Under the pieces are notes generated by a model. It was not told the DNA's origin and made no database searches. It saw nothing but the letters and a program-made list of their open reading frames with translations. The translations under genes and the position numbers were made by a program. A stretch of DNA of 63,917 nucleotides, counting the filler, from Perkinsus olseni (Eukaryota), in NCBI GenBank assembly GCA_013115125.1. It is 6 parts of 6 records of this genome, joined end to end, with 100 filler letters (N's around TTAATTAATTAA, not from the genome) between each part and the next. Parts side by side here need not be neighbours in the genome. Positions count along the whole stretch, not along the records: positions 46,781 to 58,316 come from JABANN010000826.1; positions 58,417 to 63,917 come from JABANN010001184.1; 4 more parts are not named here. The stretch is one strand, 5' to 3'. Positions 51,578 to 63,917 of the stretch are shown here, piece by piece. Positions within the stretch are counted from its first letter, which is position 1. Each line of letters starts with the position of its first letter.

Positions 51578-53384
51578 AAGGGTCTCTCTCTGCAATTTTC
51601 ATGCACGCAAGTGCTCTGTAGAATGTCGGTGTAAAAGCGCTAGCCATTACACAAGAAAGTTACTCATGAGTTTCGCCATTTTCTTGATCGTCGGAGCTCC
51701 TCCAAATCGAAGCTGCCTCGACATGTGATCATTTTTCTCAGTAAGCATACGGAGTGATCGGTGCTGAAGCTCGGATGAAGATTTAAAGCAACCCCCTACT
51801 TACTGGAGTTTGACTTCTCGCTCATTTCATTGCTGTTTGTGGATGTTCGTGTTACCTTGTTGTGGCCTAGTCATGAACGTGCGTTGAGTTGGTCAGTGGG
51901 CCAGGAAATCATCTTAGAACCCAAGACTCGGACTCTTCAATAATAAGGCTGGTTTTCGTTCCCAGAGGCTCCAGTTGTAAGCGGTCCGCTAACAGCTCCA
52001 CGGCGGTGTTACCAAAGAAAGAATTATAAAAAAGTATCATTTCATTGCGCGAACTGAGGCTGGTAAAGCCTAGCTGGAAGAGATTTCTTGGGAGCTTGGT
52101 GCTGTTGCGTCTCAAAAAACGCAAAGGATAAAGTGCTGACAATTGTGTCGGGTGTGTGTGTCTCCCCTGCCCTCTGGCCATCTGAACACTCTGTGGGGGG
52201 CAAAGTATCCTTACGTGCGGACATATGGTTCTTCCACCTCGACAAGACTTATTCATCTTTCCCCTGTCTGATGATTACGAGTACAAATGGAGACTCCTAT
52301 AACAGACCTGACACGAGAACAATTGCGTGAGCAGTAGATAGCTGGGGGGATGAGCTATGAAAGATGCTCGAAACCATGTCGTTCTCTTCAGAATTCCCAA
52401 TTGATATCGCGAACCGCGAATCATTTCTGGTCTTCGGTGAAGAAGAGAGTGGATGGTGGGAGATGGGAGATGGGCGATAATGAGACATTGTCAGCCCCGT
52501 CACAATCCAGTGGATGCCATACGCCTCTTGCTTCGACAAAAGAATTGACCGTAGCGCATCTCGGATCGATGAACTTGCTATCACGGCGCCAACTTCGTGA
52601 AACACCACGAGAATATTCGCAGCGGGCGGACAATACCAGATGGTCGGGGGCCGACTCTGAACCATCGGGCTGCACGGCAGTTGAGCTCAGTAGCTCGAAG
52701 CCTTCGAGCTACTAAAATCTTTGAGGTGGCGTTGAGTACGACCTTACTCACGCGGTGTGCGCTCAGGGATACTGTCGTTCGTCACTGTTCTCGGATGTCT
52801 TGCCCGTATCAGGGAGACTTTGCCGCATCAATCAATCACTGAAATCCAAAATGCTGTTGCCTCCGTTTCTCGCCTTCATCCTTGACCACCTCATACACCA
52901 TGAGAGCCTATCAGACTGCTCGTCCGCCCCAGTGGCGTTGAGTGCCTCGTCCACTGGCGTTGCCGGGTGCGAACCGACTACATGAGTTCAATCTCCGCAC
53001 GAAGTGAGTTTCCTAAGGAAACTTTCCTTCTCGCTCGGCCATCACGCGCCCGAGAATAACTTTTTCCGACCATTTTTTGCGCTTCCACCATCGTTCATTC
53101 TTCTACAGAGTCTCTGTGCTTCAAGTCTACACTCGGATCTTACCTTTCTAACGTCATCGTGCCGTACGAAATGTTTGGCGTGTGTCCAATAACCAGTGAC
53201 CGCCCATGAGCATTGCAATCAACCGTGGACCGTCACTGAATGACCAAAAGACCAATCACTGTTCACTTCCACCACGAAGTTGATCAAGGGCAGCGGAGGG
53301 TTTGTCCCTCTTCTCTCTGGGGTCTTTTGTCGCCATTTCGTGTTCGTTCCGCGCGCCTGCATTTTCTCAGATATATTTCGGTAA

Positions 53385-53575
53385 TGATATCGGCAGGCGT
53401 CCGACTCACCGGGGTTGTTATTTCCGCGAGACTCACAGACGCTACTGAGAATGAGTACGCCTGCCATTCCCCCGACGACCCCACGTCACCAATTTCTTTC
53501 TCTTGCACGTGCATGGGGCGAAGGACCCTAGATGAGCTCAATTCGAGTAACCTCCTTGGAAGTGTCGTCCATTAA
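53385..53575 (+). pseudogene. 5' remnant of a family A gene
   Basis: MISAGVRLTGVVISARLTDATENEYACHSPDDPTSPIS matches the family A N-terminus, then diverges. Confidence 0.55.
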
Positions 53576-53834
53576 TGACCATTATTGTCGGTTATTGTCT
53601 TTTTTGGTAATTATGCTATGATAATGTGTCAATCGTGTTCGTCAATGGGAACGGCGCCCTCAGAAATGACGCTTGCCATTTGGGCCGGGCATATTAGCTC
53701 CCTCTTTCACAAGAATGCCTACTACAGTGGCATACACCGTGAAATTGCTATTGCTCGCAAGCTTCTAACCACAAGCGTCCTTTGGCCTCTATTATCCCTT
53801 CCGACCCGTCGCTTCAGTTTCAGGATTCTGAATC

Positions 53835-54662
53835 ATGGAATCGACAGTTCTCCCGCCTAGCGGACTTCTTGGAGTTTTCACTCTTCTGACAGTCGTCGGC
53901 GCTACTAAGGATACGTACGCCTGTCATATTCCTGATGACCCCGAAACACTAATCTCGTGCCTTGTGGCCGACGTGAAGGAAAGCGGCTTCCGCGACTGGG
54001 GATCATCTACCGTAGGCCCTCATCTCTATTCGGAACATGCTGTGAGGGTCGGCGAAGACGGTATTGAGAGATACACAAGTGTAACTTGCGACATTGAACC
54101 AGTCGAAGGCAGGAAAGGGAAGTCCTTCAAGGCTAGTGACCCCAACAAGTGCGATATTGGATGGCTCAGAGGTGCCAGCAGAGTTTACTACGTGAAAGAG
54201 GAAAATGATTATTTCATCGACTTGCCGCATGGGCGCGAAGATTCGCACTTTCAGAAGCTAGAACCGAGAGAAGCATGTGATATTCCCTTCCCGAAAGAGG
54301 GGGCGACTTATGAAAATGATGGGCCTACTGGATGGGAAGTGGACGTAAAGCTCGGCTCGAAGGTCTTCGGATCTGGTATCTTGGGTCGTGAGAAACGCAA
54401 CGTTTACGTGGATTTTCACCAAGTCTCTCAAGGCAGGCGTGAACTTGTGCCGTTTTTCGGAGTCATAAGGAACCGTCAGATGATACTAGGCAAGTCGGAT
54501 GATGGAAGAGCTTTCTTCTTCGAACACGGCTCGAGGAACAGACCGAAAAAGAATGCCATCTTCTTGACAATGTTCAACAAGGTTTTCTTACTCTTCAACA
54601 CCTCTGATAGGGAGAAGAACCCAAGAAGTCGCCCTCCACCTTCCGCCCCGCCTCTCGTGTGA
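53835..54662 (+). CDS. Secreted protein, family A copy 3 (further Pro-rich exons likely to ~55145)
   Basis: LLGVFTLLTVVGATKDTYACHIPDDPETLISCLV...YSEH...YTSVTC...AFFFEHGSRNRP...FLTMFNKVFLLFNT. Confidence 0.8.
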   Translation: MESTVLPPSGLLGVFTLLTVVGATKDTYACHIPDDPETLISCLVADVKESGFRDWGSSTVGPHLYSEHAVRVGEDGIERYTSVTCDIEPVEGRKGKSFKASDPNKCDIGWLRGASRVYYVKEENDYFIDLPHGREDSHFQKLEPREACDIPFPKEGATYENDGPTGWEVDVKLGSKVFGSGILGREKRNVYVDFHQVSQGRRELVPFFGVIRNRQMILGKSDDGRAFFFEHGSRNRPKKNAIFLTMFNKVFLLFNTSDREKNPRSRPPPSAPPLV

Positions 54663-55759
54663 GTTCCGGTGGTCAAGTCGAGTGCTCTCCTCCGTTCACT
54701 ACTCTTGTAGTGGATTGTTATTCACCCGCTCAACCTCGGAGGGCTACCAATTGCTTTTTCTCGATCTCGTTCGGGATTGTCGAAAATTTCGGGCGTCGAA
54801 AACGCTCGCCACCTTTCAGGGAAGAGCCTGAAGCAACTCTGCCACAGCAGTGTCCCACGGCACGAGCCCCGCCAACGGCGCCTCCGCCAAGGTACTCTCG
54901 AATTCTCGCCAACGTGACGCTCCTTGTGTTAATCACCTTGACTGCAGTTACGAAGAGGCCATGAGTCAACCAGCCCAAGTGGAGCGCCCACTGAGGTAGC
55001 ATAAGATTTTGCAGCAATTATCTTCGAACCTGTATCGGGAGTGTCTTCACTATAATTCTCTCAGGAACGTCAACTCCAACCGCCTACCGATTGTTGAGGA
55101 ACCTCCACCGAGGTATCGCGCGTCCATGAGGCCTTACATCTCATGAGATTTTGTTAACTCGTTTTATCGCAGTTACGAAGCAGTTGTCGCCTAATCGACC
55201 TTCACATTTCTGAATGGCGTATTTCGCTCGAGTAAGTCTGTTCGGCCGGCTTGTTAGGACCCGTTTTCGGGTCGTTTTGCAAGATCAAATCCCACAGGAC
55301 CCGTCGTTGATGTGTTTCTGCATACCCATCGAAAGGAACTGACGGGATGGGGCATAGGAAAGACCTCGAGATGCTCTCGTGACAGGTATATAGTTTGGAT
55401 GGCTACTTTCTGGTGGAGTGGACATGGCGGTGATCTCAATCCTCCTTTTTTCCATTTGATACAGAAAGCATGCTGTTGTTCGTGTGATGTTTTGAGTGTT
55501 CGACTACTCCTCTTTCTTGTGTTGATCAAAACTCTATAGTACCCATAGGAACGGCTGCACTCACTGGGCCGGCTCAAATTCGTGGGGAAGGTCGCTCCGC
55601 GCACCAGCGGAACCCTCATGGATTTGGTGGTGTATCCTCGCCGACGACAGCGGTTGCTGTCGAACATTCATTACAGGTTCAACCTTAGCGCCTTGCCGGT
55701 TTTGGGCATCTCATGTCCGGTATCCCCTCGTAGCCCTTGTGTTCGTTCACCTACTACCA

Positions 55760-56725
55760 ATGCTTCTAAAGGCTGTATCGCGTACCATCCTTCTCGGTAT
55801 TGCGATAACTCTCGGGGGATGGAAACGCCCCTACAAGTTCTACTGCCGCTTCGACGAGGTGCTCCAGTCCGTCTGCTTCCGAACGCTCGAGCTGGACGGC
55901 CTCTACGGCATGTCCTCCAACACAGTTTTCTCGTACGATGACGACCCGCGTGTCCCTCAATACGAGAGCACCAGCTGGAGTGCCCATTCTAAACGACCCT
56001 ACATCAGCATCCATTCTCAGGGAGAGTGGAAGCTGCCAGGGACGAAGAAGTTCCCGTGGCCCGTGGAAAATCCGGTCAAGTACGAGAAAGTAAACGCCAG
56101 AGAAGATCGTCCGGGCTACTTGGACATCAACTTCACGAGTTACGACTGGTCGAGACGCTTCACACGACTGATACCTGTCCCAATAAATGACATCTCATTG
56201 AGGGGGGAACCGCCTCGGGCGGAGTTCATAGTGCATCACCCAGTCAAATGGAAGGCTATTCTAAGAAAGAAAGAGTTGACTCTCACCAAAGTTCATCCGG
56301 GGAACTTCCTGCAGCTCGTGGTTTACGAAGCTGAATCTGGATACAAGTTGAACAAAGTAGAGACTCGTGTGGATGGGATTGTGCAAGGCTTTAGAGGGGC
56401 TGTTCCGGGCCGCGTGAAAGAGGCTGAGGCCTTCTTCTTCAAGCTGCCTACAGAGCCAACACAATACGGCCTGATGATCACATCGGACGGCAAATCTCAC
56501 GTTCTCTACAGGACGGATGAAGTGGAACTCAGAACGCACGATCAGCTCCCGACGTGGTACGAGCGGAGATGCCTTCTCCCAAAGGCTGGCCCCATTCCGT
56601 CATCTGGTGACTTATCGTCAGGTGCAAGAAGACTCGATCCCTCAAGTAACGTGTCGGCCGAAGTTTCCGTCGGTTTTGATGTGTGGAGTTGCTGGCTCTT
56701 CATACGTCAACGTGAGTATCCGTGA
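55760..56725 (+). CDS. Secreted protein, family B copy 2
   Basis: Signal-like TILLGIAITLGG; KFYCRFDEVLQSVCFR, RPGYLDINFT..RRFTRL, EAFFFKLPT..TQYGLM..LYRTDEV. Confidence 0.8.
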   Translation: MLLKAVSRTILLGIAITLGGWKRPYKFYCRFDEVLQSVCFRTLELDGLYGMSSNTVFSYDDDPRVPQYESTSWSAHSKRPYISIHSQGEWKLPGTKKFPWPVENPVKYEKVNAREDRPGYLDINFTSYDWSRRFTRLIPVPINDISLRGEPPRAEFIVHHPVKWKAILRKKELTLTKVHPGNFLQLVVYEAESGYKLNKVETRVDGIVQGFRGAVPGRVKEAEAFFFKLPTEPTQYGLMITSDGKSHVLYRTDEVELRTHDQLPTWYERRCLLPKAGPIPSSGDLSSGARRLDPSSNVSAEVSVGFDVWSCWLFIRQREYP

Positions 56726-57424
56726 TTTCTCTGTCCGGATGACGCGTGCTTGCCTTGCGAACTTTCCAGTTTAGCGGATGTGGAGTACTGCATGCATCTC
56801 CAATTTCGTAGGCATTCACGCTGAGCACAGTGATGGTGTCAGGACGCTTCAAGTTTTCTCTCTCTTTCGAGCCTACCCCGAGACATCGCGTGCGCCAGTC
56901 TACACGAGAAGATCTACTCGTCGTGAAAGGGGGAGAGGTTGTGCTCATTTACCAAGGTGTTTGAATAGATGTATCAAACTTGCTCTGCCATGAATATGGG
57001 CCCTCGTTGTGTTGATCACTGGGGGAGAGCGAGTTCCTCACAGTGCGGGCCCAGCATGATTCCAGCGTCGTAGCCTGTCGAATCGTAGTCCGTTGATGCT
57101 CCCTCCCTGCTCCCCCCCACATGGGAGTAGGACGGGCTGCTATACTCGAAAATCTTCGACCTGAGGAAAGCCTTGACGAGAATCGTTGCTTTGAACGTCA
57201 CGCTTATTGTAACAAGAATAACATTGCCTTAGCCCGGTCAGGGGACTGAGCGCAGCCCCTGAGCGGGGCGCTACCCCAGTGTGAGGTATCGCTCTGCGAT
57301 AATCGCAGTCCGTCTCAATGAGGTTTCATCGGCGAATGGCGGTTCGGTAGCCAATCGCCTCTGAAAGCGTCGGTCAGTCCTTCAGCCTGTTCCACTCTGT
57401 AGCTCTGTCCCTCACTAACTACCG

Positions 57425-58222
57425 ATGGTCATCAAGACGTTGCAGCAGCTGCTCTTCACCGGGGTTGTGACAATTGGGGTTTTCAGGTCAGACCCCGCTA
57501 AACACTACTGTCACTTCCACGATTCGCTTCAATCCGTGTGCTTCCGTGTGGTTAAGAATCACGGAATATTTGGTATATTCTCTAACGAGATTTCCGCGAG
57601 CGAGGCCGACCCGCAAGAGCCGTACTACGAGAGTTTCAACGAGCAGCCCAGTCGGACACTTCGATGGCTCGATGTGGATGCTCACGGAGAGTGGCCCTCG
57701 ATCGATGCTAGAATCTTTCCCTGGCCTGTCGGGCTCCCTGTTCGATACACTAAGGTGAAGGGTAGGTTCGGACGGCCGGGCTACTTCGACGTCAACTTCA
57801 CCGATTATGATCGCCCGAGACGCTTCACACGACTGATGCCGGTCTCGATGTATGACATTCCCTTGAGGGGAGACCCACCCCAGGCGGAGTTCGTGGTGCA
57901 TCACCCGACGGCATGCAGAGCGACATTGCGAAGAGGGGAGTACTCTTGGCTTAGGTTGAGATACGACAGAATTTTCGAGATACGAGCATACCGGTCCGGT
58001 TCTCAGTATAACTTCACCGAGGCGGGGGTCCTCAATGGTGGAATCGTGAGGAGGTTCAAAGGGATGGTTAATGGCAGCATGATAAAACCTGAGGCTTTCT
58101 TCTTCAAGCTTCCGACGGACTCGACACAATACGGCCTCATGTTCAGTTCGGGCTCATCCTTCATGCTTTACAGGACAGACGAGGTGGCACTCAGAGACCA
58201 TGACATTCTCCCTCCATGGTAG
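57425..58222 (+). CDS. Secreted protein, family B copy 3
   Basis: Signal-like LLFTGVVTIGV; HYCHFHDSLQSVCFR, RPGYFDVNFT, EAFFFKLPTDSTQYGLM. Confidence 0.8.
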   Translation: MVIKTLQQLLFTGVVTIGVFRSDPAKHYCHFHDSLQSVCFRVVKNHGIFGIFSNEISASEADPQEPYYESFNEQPSRTLRWLDVDAHGEWPSIDARIFPWPVGLPVRYTKVKGRFGRPGYFDVNFTDYDRPRRFTRLMPVSMYDIPLRGDPPQAEFVVHHPTACRATLRRGEYSWLRLRYDRIFEIRAYRSGSQYNFTEAGVLNGGIVRRFKGMVNGSMIKPEAFFFKLPTDSTQYGLMFSSGSSFMLYRTDEVALRDHDILPPW

Positions 58223-58416
58223 AGCTGAGAACAGCATGTTTCGTATCGTGAGTCATTGATAACCAAACCCCACTCTAGTGGATTCTTAGAGGAATCTGTA
58301 ATTAATATTATTGAGCNNNNNNNNNNNNNNNNNNNNNNNNNNNNNNNNNNNNNNNNNNNNTTAATTAATTAANNNNNNNNNNNNNNNNNNNNNNNNNNNN
58401 NNNNNNNNNNNNNNNN

Positions 58417-61400
58417 TTTATAATCATTATTAGATTTATATACAATATAGTATTATTAGTAATAAGGTAATATAATATATAAATACCTATAAATAAATCT
58501 ATAGAGTATACATATCCTTATTAATATATTATATATAGATATAGGGAAATGGTTAATATTAGTTTATTTATATATATGTAAAGCTGTATATTAATTAAAT
58601 AATAGTTATAAATATCCATATATGAATACAGCTTTACTAGTATAAGGTATTATTTAATATATTACTATAGGATATACCCAGCACTAATATATATTTATAT
58701 ACTTATGTATGGTAATATTAATAAGATATTTTATACTATAAATCCTAATATAATACTATAGAGTTTATATACTTATTAATAATATAAAATACCATAATTA
58801 TAAATAATATTAATAGGTTTAGATTTATATATTTATAGTAATAATACCATATTATAATACCATAGATTTATAATACTAATAGATTACTATATATTATAAT
58901 AACTATAATAACACACTAGATATTAATAGATTTACTTATAATATAAATATCAATACATTATTAAATATCTATAGAGGTAATAATACTATGGAGACTATAA
59001 TAACAAATATTGGCATAGAGGATATAAATACTAATAGTTTATCTACTAATCTATAGGTATATTAAGGATATATTTATATAATATATTTATCTTTGGTATT
59101 ACCTTATTATATAGTAATATATATTTATAGGCATTGTGTTAATATAATATCATAAATAAATAGTAATATGTTTATATATATATCTAGATTTATTATATTA
59201 TAATCACTTATTTAGTCCATATACTATATATTCCTTTATATACTAATATCTGATTTATATATATTTATTATATCTTAATATTGTATTGGTTACCTTGATA
59301 TAGTATAATATATAATGTTGCCATATACAATAATTTAATATATGCCCCGCTAGCTAATAATATTATAATATAAATGCGGGGCTATGAATGGCAACATATT
59401 AATAGTATGTATAGTTATAAATATATATAATCAATATAAAGATATAACTATATTAATAAGATCTATACCTAAGTAATAATACTAAATATAATATATAAAT
59501 AAAATATAACAAACACCACATCTTAATAATACTAGGTTTACAGATAAAAGAAAGATATATAAATAAATATAGATAAAAGCCTTTCCTATTAATTAATAAT
59601 GTATATCTAGTTATAATTATAATATTATCTATGTCCTTTATTTACTGTAATAAATATTATTAATAAGGTCTATTATAGTACGGTAGGGTATATATTATAT
59701 AGTCTCAGGTATATTATTAATTATTATATTATGGACTATTAAATACTCCCTATTATGGTATATTATTATAATTAGATCCATACTTAATATATATATGTGG
59801 CCATTAGTAAATAAATATGATATTAATATAAATAAGATCTATATAGGTATCATATAGTATTATTAGCTATTATTTATTATCTTAGGTATTATTAGTATTC
59901 TTATATATATTCCTTATTAAACTATATAGTTAAAATATTAATTATTCTATATTCTATTAATCATATTTATATGGGCTCTGTTATACTATATTTATTAATT
60001 AATTATATATATTATTATCTAATACAGAGCCCTTTAATTATATATTTATTAATGCCTTAGCTAACATATCATTATTTATATATATTCACCTGCACATGTT
60101 ATATTATATTTTATATGGGTGCAGGTATTAATAAGCCTATATTCATATATTACTAATATTGGTATTTAATGATCTTATATATATTTATACCTTATTAATA
60201 GTAATATTACACTAATAGATCCTTATTTATATCTTATCAATATATATTAGTACTGTATATAATATTATGGGTATTTATATAAGGTATTATTAATTACTAG
60301 TATATATATCCAGGTATTAACTAATTATATATATTTATCTCTTTAATATACTATATTATAGATATTCTATTATTAAATAATATCTCCATAGATAGTATTA
60401 GGTATATTTATTATCATAATATTAACAAGGTATTTATATTTATAGGATATATTATATTAGGTTACATTATTATATATAATTAGGATACAATACTATATTA
60501 GTAAGATATATTATATAGTAAATATTAACCATAGATAGATACTAATAAATATATTTATATTATATTTATATTTAAGGGGCACATAATAATATAAACTAAT
60601 ATATACGATATGATAATATAACGTAATAAATATTGATATATAATCCATAGATATAGGATAACCATATTTAATGATATTATTTATTATACATAAACATAAA
60701 CATATGATTAAGATTATCAATTAATAATTAATAATTAATATTATCTATACATATTAATATATATATAGGACCTTATAATATATAAATATCTAATAATACC
60801 TAATATTACCTCTTTTATCTCTTTATTATTATAATAATAGGCCTTTATATGTCCAGTGATTATGTTTATTATAACAATATTAGTATTTATGGTGCACTGG
60901 ACATTATTTATTAATAGTATCTGTATCCCTGATATTATAATATTATATGCCCATTGCTAGTAATTATTAATATATATATAGATATGCAATGGGCTCTATG
61001 GAGTATATTATTGTTATATTACATTATTAAATATTAGGTATTATCATGTATTAGTATTAGTTATTATTAGATTATATATACTTAAATTATAGATAGCTTA
61101 TTGTTATTTATATTACTATTAATCCTTATTATATCCTACTAATATATATATTATGTTAATATATTAATAATACTAATTTAATCTATGGCCTTAGTTATAA
61201 TATAATAATAAATATAGAAATATATGAATATAAATAATAAATTAGATAAAGATAAAATAATAAGATAAAATATTAGATAAATAATATTAATAGTGAATAT
61301 TTATATGTTATTATAGATAGAATTATTTATAGAAATATCTAGTATTAATAGTGTCTATATTATTACCTAGAAGATTTATTATTAATATACTTATATACTA

Positions 61401-63917
61401 ATTTAAAATATTTAATGATATTATAATGTTAATATTGTATACTAGACTATATATATTTATTAATAATATCACATATATATTATTTTTATCTCTCCAGAGT
61501 GTAATTATATTATTAATTATTTATAAAGTATATTATATTATTTAATCAATATATAGTTTATATACTAAATAGACTATTACTAACTAGATACTCTATAATA
61601 TAATATAATACATTAATACAATATTAGATTAACTATATTTATATAATAATAGGGTCTCCATGCGATAGGAATATTATATTATACTCATAATTAGGTGTTA
61701 ATATAAGGTTTTATCAATACAGTATAAATATAATCATATTAAGGTATATTAGATATCATAATATAAATATAATATAAATAGTATGGTATTATTACATAAT
61801 ATAGTAATTAAAGTATAATAATAATGAATAAAATAGATATAATTATAGATAGTGATATATACTAATTGGTAATATATTCTATTATTGATATTATATTAGT
61901 TTAAATATATCAATATGTATTAAATAATCATCACTATATAATTTATATGGAATATTATCATAATAATACCTTAATCTATTGAGTATAATATATAATATAG
62001 ATAGTTATATACCTATAATAGGCCCTATATCAATATACTACATTAACATACTATTAGTGATTAGTGATTAGTAATATTATCTAGTATCTATGGTATTAAT
62101 ATCTAATATAAATATTATAATAAGGTATTACTAATAATCTATTAATTATAATTATTCCATACTATTGATTATTATTTTTATCTATTAACTATCCCTATAT
62201 ATTTATACACTATAGATTAATAAACTAGTAATAATATAATCAATATAATTACAATATTATTTAATTAATATGAACATAACTAATAGGTATTAATAATATA
62301 TGTCTATTAATATAATATCTAATAATACATAGATTAATACTATAAATACCATATAATCATACTAGATATACATATATATAATAATAATATAGTAATACAT
62401 AGATATATATGATTAAGATACAATAGACATATTTATATATTATTATAACTAATACTAACTAGTAATATAGATATACATAGATATAGATATTATTGGTAAT
62501 ATTAATATATTCTTAGGTATATAATATTACAGTATTGATCCCTATAGAATATTATAATTATATAAAGTAATTATATTTTAATAGGTAATATTATATATAG
62601 GTATATCCTTTATTTAGTATTAGTATATATTAATAGATATAAGACTGAGACCATATATCTATATAATTACTTAACTTTATATATACTATTAATATTATAT
62701 CTATTCCTAATATATACCATTATAAATATGGATTAATATAATAATATCTGTATATATATAATAGTGATCTAAAGGATATTAATGATGATATACTAATATA
62801 ATAGATTACTATAGGTTTATTAATATATATTTATCATAGTATAGTATGTGGTATTAATATATATAAAGTATTATAACTATTAATATGGTGTATTTTATAT
62901 ATATATCCTTATAATAATATAAAGAGATATTAATATAAAGTAATAATATGATTAAATTATAAGTTATATGTAAAAAGTATACTAGATAAATAAATTAATT
63001 ATGAAACATATTATTAAAGTTATATCACTATAATAAATATTAGTTGGATATATACACTAGTATACCATATATTAATAATTACTATATTTAATATTTAATA
63101 GTGGTTTTAATCTATAAATATACATATATAATAATTATGGGTTTATTACTATTTAAATAGTGTATTAATATAAGATAAATATATAGTACATGGCATATAT
63201 AAGACCAATTAGATACCTTGGAGATTATAATAATATTTATTATTAATATGTACCCAATATGTAATATATTATATTATTATAGGATATCTTATATATATTA
63301 GGTATATGGGCATTACTATAATATAGAGTTAATATATAATATAAACCCCTAATATTAGTAATAAGTAGTAATAGTATACAATAAATCCATATATATCTAA
63401 TTAATATTAATAAATATATACTAATAATATGGATAAACTAAGTATATTATATTAATTACCTTTAGATCAGCCCATATTAAATTATAATATATATAAAGGG
63501 CTGATAATATATAACCTATTAACTACCTGTAATTCATCATTTAATCTATATGCCATATAATAGGTCTAATATGTATAATATCTCTATTATAGATTATCAT
63601 TAAATAATAATATTTATTAAATAGTATAATAATGATATATCTAATATAATATATTATATAGTAAATAGAGGGTTTATAATCTAATATATTATTATAATAC
63701 AGATACCTATATATATAAATATATATCCTTTATTAATACCCCTTATTCTAAGGGGATATAGGGGATAAAGAGATATAAATAATATTAGGTAGGTATATTC
63801 AATATTAAATATAAAGGATGATATTATTAATATTTATTTAACTATATTTTATCACTATAGATTAATAGGGTATATTATAAGTTAGTAATAGATTATTAAT
63901 ATTATATATATATATTA
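58417..63917. other. Extremely AT-rich scaffold, probably non-coding mitochondrial DNA
   Basis: Abrupt shift to overwhelmingly A+T sequence, only one ORF of 60 aa or more, many GC-clamped inverted repeats; no cox1/cob/cox3 signature found by eye. Confidence 0.6.
59630..59712 (+). rRNA. Candidate fragmented mitochondrial LSU rRNA piece (sarcin-ricin loop region)
   Basis: GTCCTTTATTTACTGT ... TAGTACGGTAGGG ... GTCTCAGGTATA follow the order of the LSU consensus GTCCCTATCTGCCGT ... TAGTACGAGAGGA ... CTCTGGTGTA. Confidence 0.35.

Noticed and set aside
51909-52960. Minus-strand gene inside the secreted-protein array
   Set aside because: Only short stop-interrupted ORFs with no similarity to families A/B or known motifs.
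60511-60720. 69-aa hydrophobic ORF as a cox3 fragment
   Set aside because: I/Y/L/N composition is expected from AT bias; no convincing YWHFV or other cox/cob motif (HPEVY, PEWY), even allowing frameshifts by eye.
60915-60935. Minus-strand TCAGGGATACAG as the peptidyl-transferase GGGATAACAG motif
   Set aside because: One base short and the flanks do not follow the LSU domain V consensus.

Overview
This is eukaryotic DNA, not one continuous locus. Six unrelated scaffolds are joined by 100-nt N-TTAATTAATTAA-N linkers; the four complete ones are about 11.5-11.6 kb, in descending size order. Short GT-AG introns, a Cys-rich 'GSYCK' domain and a very AT-rich, probably mitochondrial last scaffold point to a Perkinsus-like alveolate (inference). 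Scaffold 1 (1-11631) holds the most striking feature: an apparently intact spliced Helitron/Helentron-like RepHel gene of about 2346 aa (HUH Rep + PIF1 helicase) fused to a C-terminal SLX1-like GIY-YIG endonuclease, preceded by a co-oriented Cys-rich multi-exon gene. Scaffold 2 holds a spliced MULE transposase, a GPC1-like acyltransferase and a MITE. Scaffold 3 holds a CDPK-like kinase, a calmodulin-like gene, a non-autonomous Helentron-like element, a DUF4211-like gene and a D-arm-less tRNA-His. Scaffold 4 holds an intron-containing stand-alone PurN, a mucin-like protein and a TKL kinase. Scaffold 5 is an array of two related families of secreted proteins, several with PPxY tails. Scaffold 6 is AT-rich DNA with GC-clamped stem-loops and a possible LSU rRNA fragment. 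All gene models were spliced by hand; no database searches were run.
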